Shown piece after piece: positions 60,199-64,000 of a stretch of DNA of 64,000 nucleotides. Made by a program: the position numbers and the translations under genes. Positions within the stretch are counted from its first letter, which is position 1. Each line of letters starts with the position of its first letter. The notes below the pieces were generated by a model. It saw only the letters and a list, made by a program, of their open reading frames with translations, had not been told where the DNA came from and searched no databases. This DNA is from Octopus sinensis (taxonomy: Eukaryota). The DNA lies in contig NC_043018.1 in assembly GCF_006345805.1 (NCBI RefSeq), positions 15,996,001 through 16,060,000 on the forward strand, given 5' to 3'.

Positions 60199-60708
60199 GT
60201 GAGTACACAAGGAATTCTTTGATTGAGACGATGAAGGAAGGGTACAGTGGCATCTATTTATGCACCTTGGACAAGGGTTTTCTTTTATAATCCTGGGTTA
60301 GTCAGGGCCTTATGAACAAATTTGCCAGACAAAAACTGTTTGTGTACACAACACCATCTTAACTGCGGTGGCGTTGTTGTTGTTATTACTATTATTATTA
60401 TTATTATCATTATTAATTATTATTATTATTATTATTATTACTATTAAGGCAGTAAGCTGGCAGAATCATTACTATGTCAGACAAAATACTTCATGGCATT
60501 CCGCCATGGTCAACCTTGCTTTTCATCCTTTCAGGGTTGATAAATTAAGTACCAGTTGCATACTGGGGTCGATCTAATTGACTGGTCCCCTTCCCCCAAA
60601 ATTTCAAACCTTGGGCCTAGAGTAGAAAGGATTATTATTATTATTATTATTAATATTATTATACAGTCATTATGTCTTATTCTTTTGCTGTTTGTGTCTC
60701 TCCTGCAG

Positions 60709-60815
60709 GGTTGTGGTGACCATTCTGGACCGTTTCCACTTTGATTTGTCCAACAGTAGCTATGAGAGTGACCAGGACAAAGGACCGTTCGGAAAATACT
60801 TACAAGACAACCAAG
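60709..60815 (+). CDS. UTP20: UTP20 exon 41
   Basis: tgcag|G...G|gtttg; VVVTILDRFHFDLS...KYLQDNQ; phase 2/1. Confidence 0.92.
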
Positions 60816-60862
60816 GTTTGTATCTACGACTTTGTATTTGTTGTTGTTGTTAATTATGGTGG

Positions 60863-61243
60863 AAGCACTCCGTCGGTTACGACGACGAGGGTTCCGGTTG
60901 ATCCAATCAACGGAACAGCCTGCTCGTGAAATTAACGTGTAAGTGGCTGAGTACTCCACAGACACGAGTACCCTTAACGTAGTTCTCGGGGATATTCAGC
61001 GTGACACAGAGAGTGACAAGGCCGGCCCTTTGAAATACAGGTACAACAGAAACAGGAAGTAAGAGTGAGAGAAAGTTGTGGTGAAAGAGTACAGCAGGGA
61101 TCACCACCATCCCCTGCCGGAGCCTTGTGGAGCTTTAGGTGTTTTCGCTCAGTAAACACTCACAACGCCCGGTCTGGGAATCGAAACCGCGATCCTACGA
61201 CTGCGAGTCCGCTGCCCTAACCACTGGGCCATTGCGCCTCCAC
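60863..61243 (-). mobile_element. SINE family D copy, tail type 1
   Basis: Reverse complement of 50940-51308. Confidence 0.8.
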
Positions 61244-61677
61244 TGTTGTTAATTATAACCACGTATCAGCTCTAGTCAAAGATATTCCAACTGCGACCAT
61301 TCCACATAACTTTTGTAGATCATACTGTTGTTTATAACCCCAGGTCAATTCTGTGACCACTCCATACAACATTGTATTGTGCTTCTTCGTTCGTTCATCG
61401 TTTAACATCCGCTTTCCATGCTAGCATGGGTTGGACGATTTGACTGAGGACTGGCTAACCAGATGGCCGCACCAGGCTCCAATCTGATCTGGCAGAGTTT
61501 CTACAGCTGGATGCCCTTCCTAATGCCAACCACTCCGAGAGTGTAGTGGGTCCTTTTACGTGCCGCCCGCATGAGGGGCCAGTCAGACGGTACTGGCAAC
61601 GGCCATGCTCAAATGGTGCTTTTTACATGCCACCTGCATATATTGTAATACTCTTGTACTCTTTTTTCTATTTGCAG

Positions 61678-61946
61678 GGAGTACAGAACAGACCGGACTA
61701 AATGATGATGATGACGATGATAATAATGATGATGCTGACAATGATGATGACGATGATGATGGCAATGACGACGGTTCCCCCGTCGGTACTGTTGAAGAAT
61801 TGACCGATGCCAATTACAGCGAAGTTAAAGACAAGAAAGGAAATGTTGTAAAATTCTTGGTCTGTCCTGAAGAAATGGCTAACGCTATCCACAAGACGAT
61901 TCTCAGGAACATCATTCCGATGTTGTACAAAGTCCTTGTGAAGAGA
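61678..61946 (+). CDS. UTP20: UTP20 exon 42 (poly-Asp segment)
   Basis: tgcag|GG...AGA|gtaag; (G)STEQTGLNDDDD...IHKTILRNIIPMLYKVLVKR; phase 1/0. Confidence 0.9.
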
Positions 61947-62099
61947 GTAAGGGAAATTCCATTCTTCTTTTGAGATAATGCCAATGTAGAACGGCAATGT
62001 TAGCAAGGCAGGTGTGTGTGTGGGGATGGGGTGTGGGTACCGAAAGATGTCTTGTGACAGTTCTTTGGAAATGTAGTGTTTATGTTTTTTTTTTGTTTT

Positions 62100-62498
62100 T
62101 CTTTTACTGGTTTCAGTCATTTGACTGCGGCCATGCTGGAGCACCGCCTTTTAGTCGAGCAAATCGACCCCAGGACTTATTCTTTGTAAGCCCAGTACTT
62201 ACTCTGTCGGTCCCTTTTGCCGAACCACTAAGTTACGGGGACGCAAGCACACCAGCATCGGTTGTCAAGCGATGTTGGGGAGACAAACACAGACACACCC
62301 ACACATACACACACATACATATATATATATATATGACAGGCTTCTTTCAGTTTCCGTCTACCAAATCCACTCACAAGGCTTTGGTCGGCCCTAGGCTATA
62401 GTAGAAGATACTTGCCCAAGGTGTCACGCAGTGGGACTGAACCCGAAACCATGTGGTTGGTAAGCAAGCTACTTACCACACAGCCACTCCTACGCCTA
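62100..62498 (-). mobile_element. SINE family A copy
   Basis: Reverse complement of family A. Confidence 0.8.
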
Positions 62499-63222
62499 TG
62501 TGTTCGTTTATCTTTTATCTTTTACTTGCTACAGCCGTTGGCCATGCTGGGGCACCACCTTGAAGAATTTTTAGTCAAATGAATCGACCCCAGTACTTCT
62601 TTTGGTTTTGCAAAGTGCCGTACTCCTTCAAACAGTCTCTTTTGCAGAATTGGTAATTTACAGAAGCGTAGACACATCAATACTGGTTGTCAAGCTGTCA
62701 TGGGACACACAGACACATGCACACACATATAAGTGATGGGCTTCTTTCAGTTTCCATTTAACAAATCCCCTCACAAGGGCTTTGGTTGGCCTGAGGCTAT
62801 AGTTATAGTCTTTGAGTAAAAACTCAATTAATTCAGATATTTAAGGGGGAAATAAATGTAAAAGAATGAAAAATTAAGCATTTTTTTTTTTTTTTTGTGT
62901 GTTGCTTTCCAACCACATGGTTCCAGGTTCAGTCCCACTGTGTGGCACCTTGGACAAGTGTCTTCTACTACAATCTCGGGCTGAACAAAGCCTTGTGAGT
63001 GGATTTGGTAGATGAAAACTGAAAGAAGCCCATCGTATATGTGTGTGTGTTTGTCCCTCCACCATTGCCTGGCAACCGATGTTGGTGTGTTTTATGTCCC
63101 TGTTACTTAGCAGTTCGGCAAAAAGAGACCGACAGAATAAGTACTGGGCTTACAAAGAATAAGTCGATTTGTTCGAGTAAAGGTGGTGTAGTCAAATAAC
63201 TGAAGCAAGTAAAAGAGTAAAA

Positions 63223-63261
<39 letters not shown>

Positions 63262-63264
<3 letters not shown>

Positions 63265-63490
63265 CTTTACTACCCACAAGGGGCTAAACACAGAGGGGAC
63301 AAACAAGGACAGACAAAGGGATTAAGTCGACTACATCGACCCCAGTGCGTAACTGGTACTTAATTTATCGACCCCGAAAGGATGAAAGGCAAAGTCGACC
63401 TCGGCGGAATTTGAACTCGGAACGTAACGACAGACGAAATACGGCTACGAATTTCGCCCGGCGTGCTAACGTTTCTACCAGCTCGCCGCC
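63262..63490 (-). mobile_element. SINE family B copy
   Basis: Full-length reverse complement next to an (AT)n tract. Confidence 0.8.
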
Positions 63491-63528
63491 TTGTATCTAT
63501 AAAATATGTTACAATTACTCAATAGTCA

Positions 63529-63591
63529 AGATAAAACTCTGAGTTTCAGATGCCGAAGTGGAAATCCACAACACCATCTCTTCGGTTATCT
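63529..63591 (-). ncRNA. Degenerate type I hammerhead-like motif
   Basis: Minus strand: GATAA-CCGAAGA-GATG...GTGG-ATTT-CCAC...CATC-T-GAAAC-TCAGA-GTT-TTATC. Confidence 0.45.
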
Positions 63592-64000
63592 GGCCATCTG
63601 AAAAAACGCTATGAAAAAATACCGTTATATAAAGGGAAATTACTGTATTATAATTCTACTCGCGAACCCACGTGCGTACTTATACGTCACTATGAAAACG
63701 TACACATCTTCACTCGCATTTTTCGCCAAATATATACGCATATATATATATATACAAACTCATACACACACACATGCGTACCGTAAAAGTTCATACATAC
63801 GTCTATATGCGCACAAACACAAGAAAAACCATGGTTAAAGGTAACAGAAAAAAACATAAGGAAGTATACAAAGCATAAAAACCACGTTCATATACGGACA
63901 TGCCCTTATGCACTCATATACACACATGCCCATATATGTACATACCCACACGTGTTTATATATGCATACACACACACGCATATACGAAAAATGAATATAC

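Larger units (their letters stand above)
662..61946 (+). other. UTP20: UTP20 gene span, partial: 42 visible coding exons; start exon upstream and 3' exons downstream of the window
   Basis: The spliced peptide matches remembered metazoan UTP20 motifs in the right order: LVVQLAKDLQHDFY, FAAESFGFLIRK, LLFEVMKGVR, VPLRYLIGNLFINF, NEYY, DFFENMKNIK-VQRRSRAL, LDRFHFD. All 41 introns are GT-AG with compatible phases; 5,748 coding nt with no stop. Confidence 0.96.

Noticed and set aside
781-63838. The many recurring 60-150-aa ORFs (MLAWVG..., MTTDAGVF..., HHHHHRL...)
   Set aside because: They are chance translations of SINE families A-D and recur wherever those repeats occur.
61947-64000. Further UTP20 exons
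   Set aside because: Only SINE A/B copies and low-complexity sequence are present; I found no phase-0 acceptor followed by a UTP20-like peptide.

Overview
This 64-kb window is AT-rich, repeat-dense animal DNA. The repeat families suggest a coleoid cephalopod, probably Octopus (inference). It lies inside one large + strand gene, UTP20 (SSU processome HEAT-repeat protein). I traced 42 consecutive GT-AG exons by hand from 662 to 61946. Every intron phase matches, giving one stop-free frame of 5,748 nt (1,916 codons). The start exon and the C-terminal exons are outside the window. The introns hold at least five tRNA-headed or RTE-tailed SINE-like families, piggyBac-like (TTAA) MITEs, hAT MITEs with 8-bp TSDs, mariner, CR1, RTE and Helitron-like relics, and mini/microsatellites. 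Most notable: (1) type-I hammerhead-ribozyme-like folds in four different intronic repeat families, including one with a complete core and a tRNA-headed SINE carrying a hammerhead tail; (2) a SINE family whose TSDs and multimer junctions repeatedly begin with GGTA, so it often inserts into itself; (3) a 48-bp tandem repeat made from a splice donor that creates in-frame alternative donors; (4) an expanded acidic/basic insert in UTP20. All folds and alignments were read by eye; none were computed. Exon numbers and SINE family letters A-H are my labels for this window.
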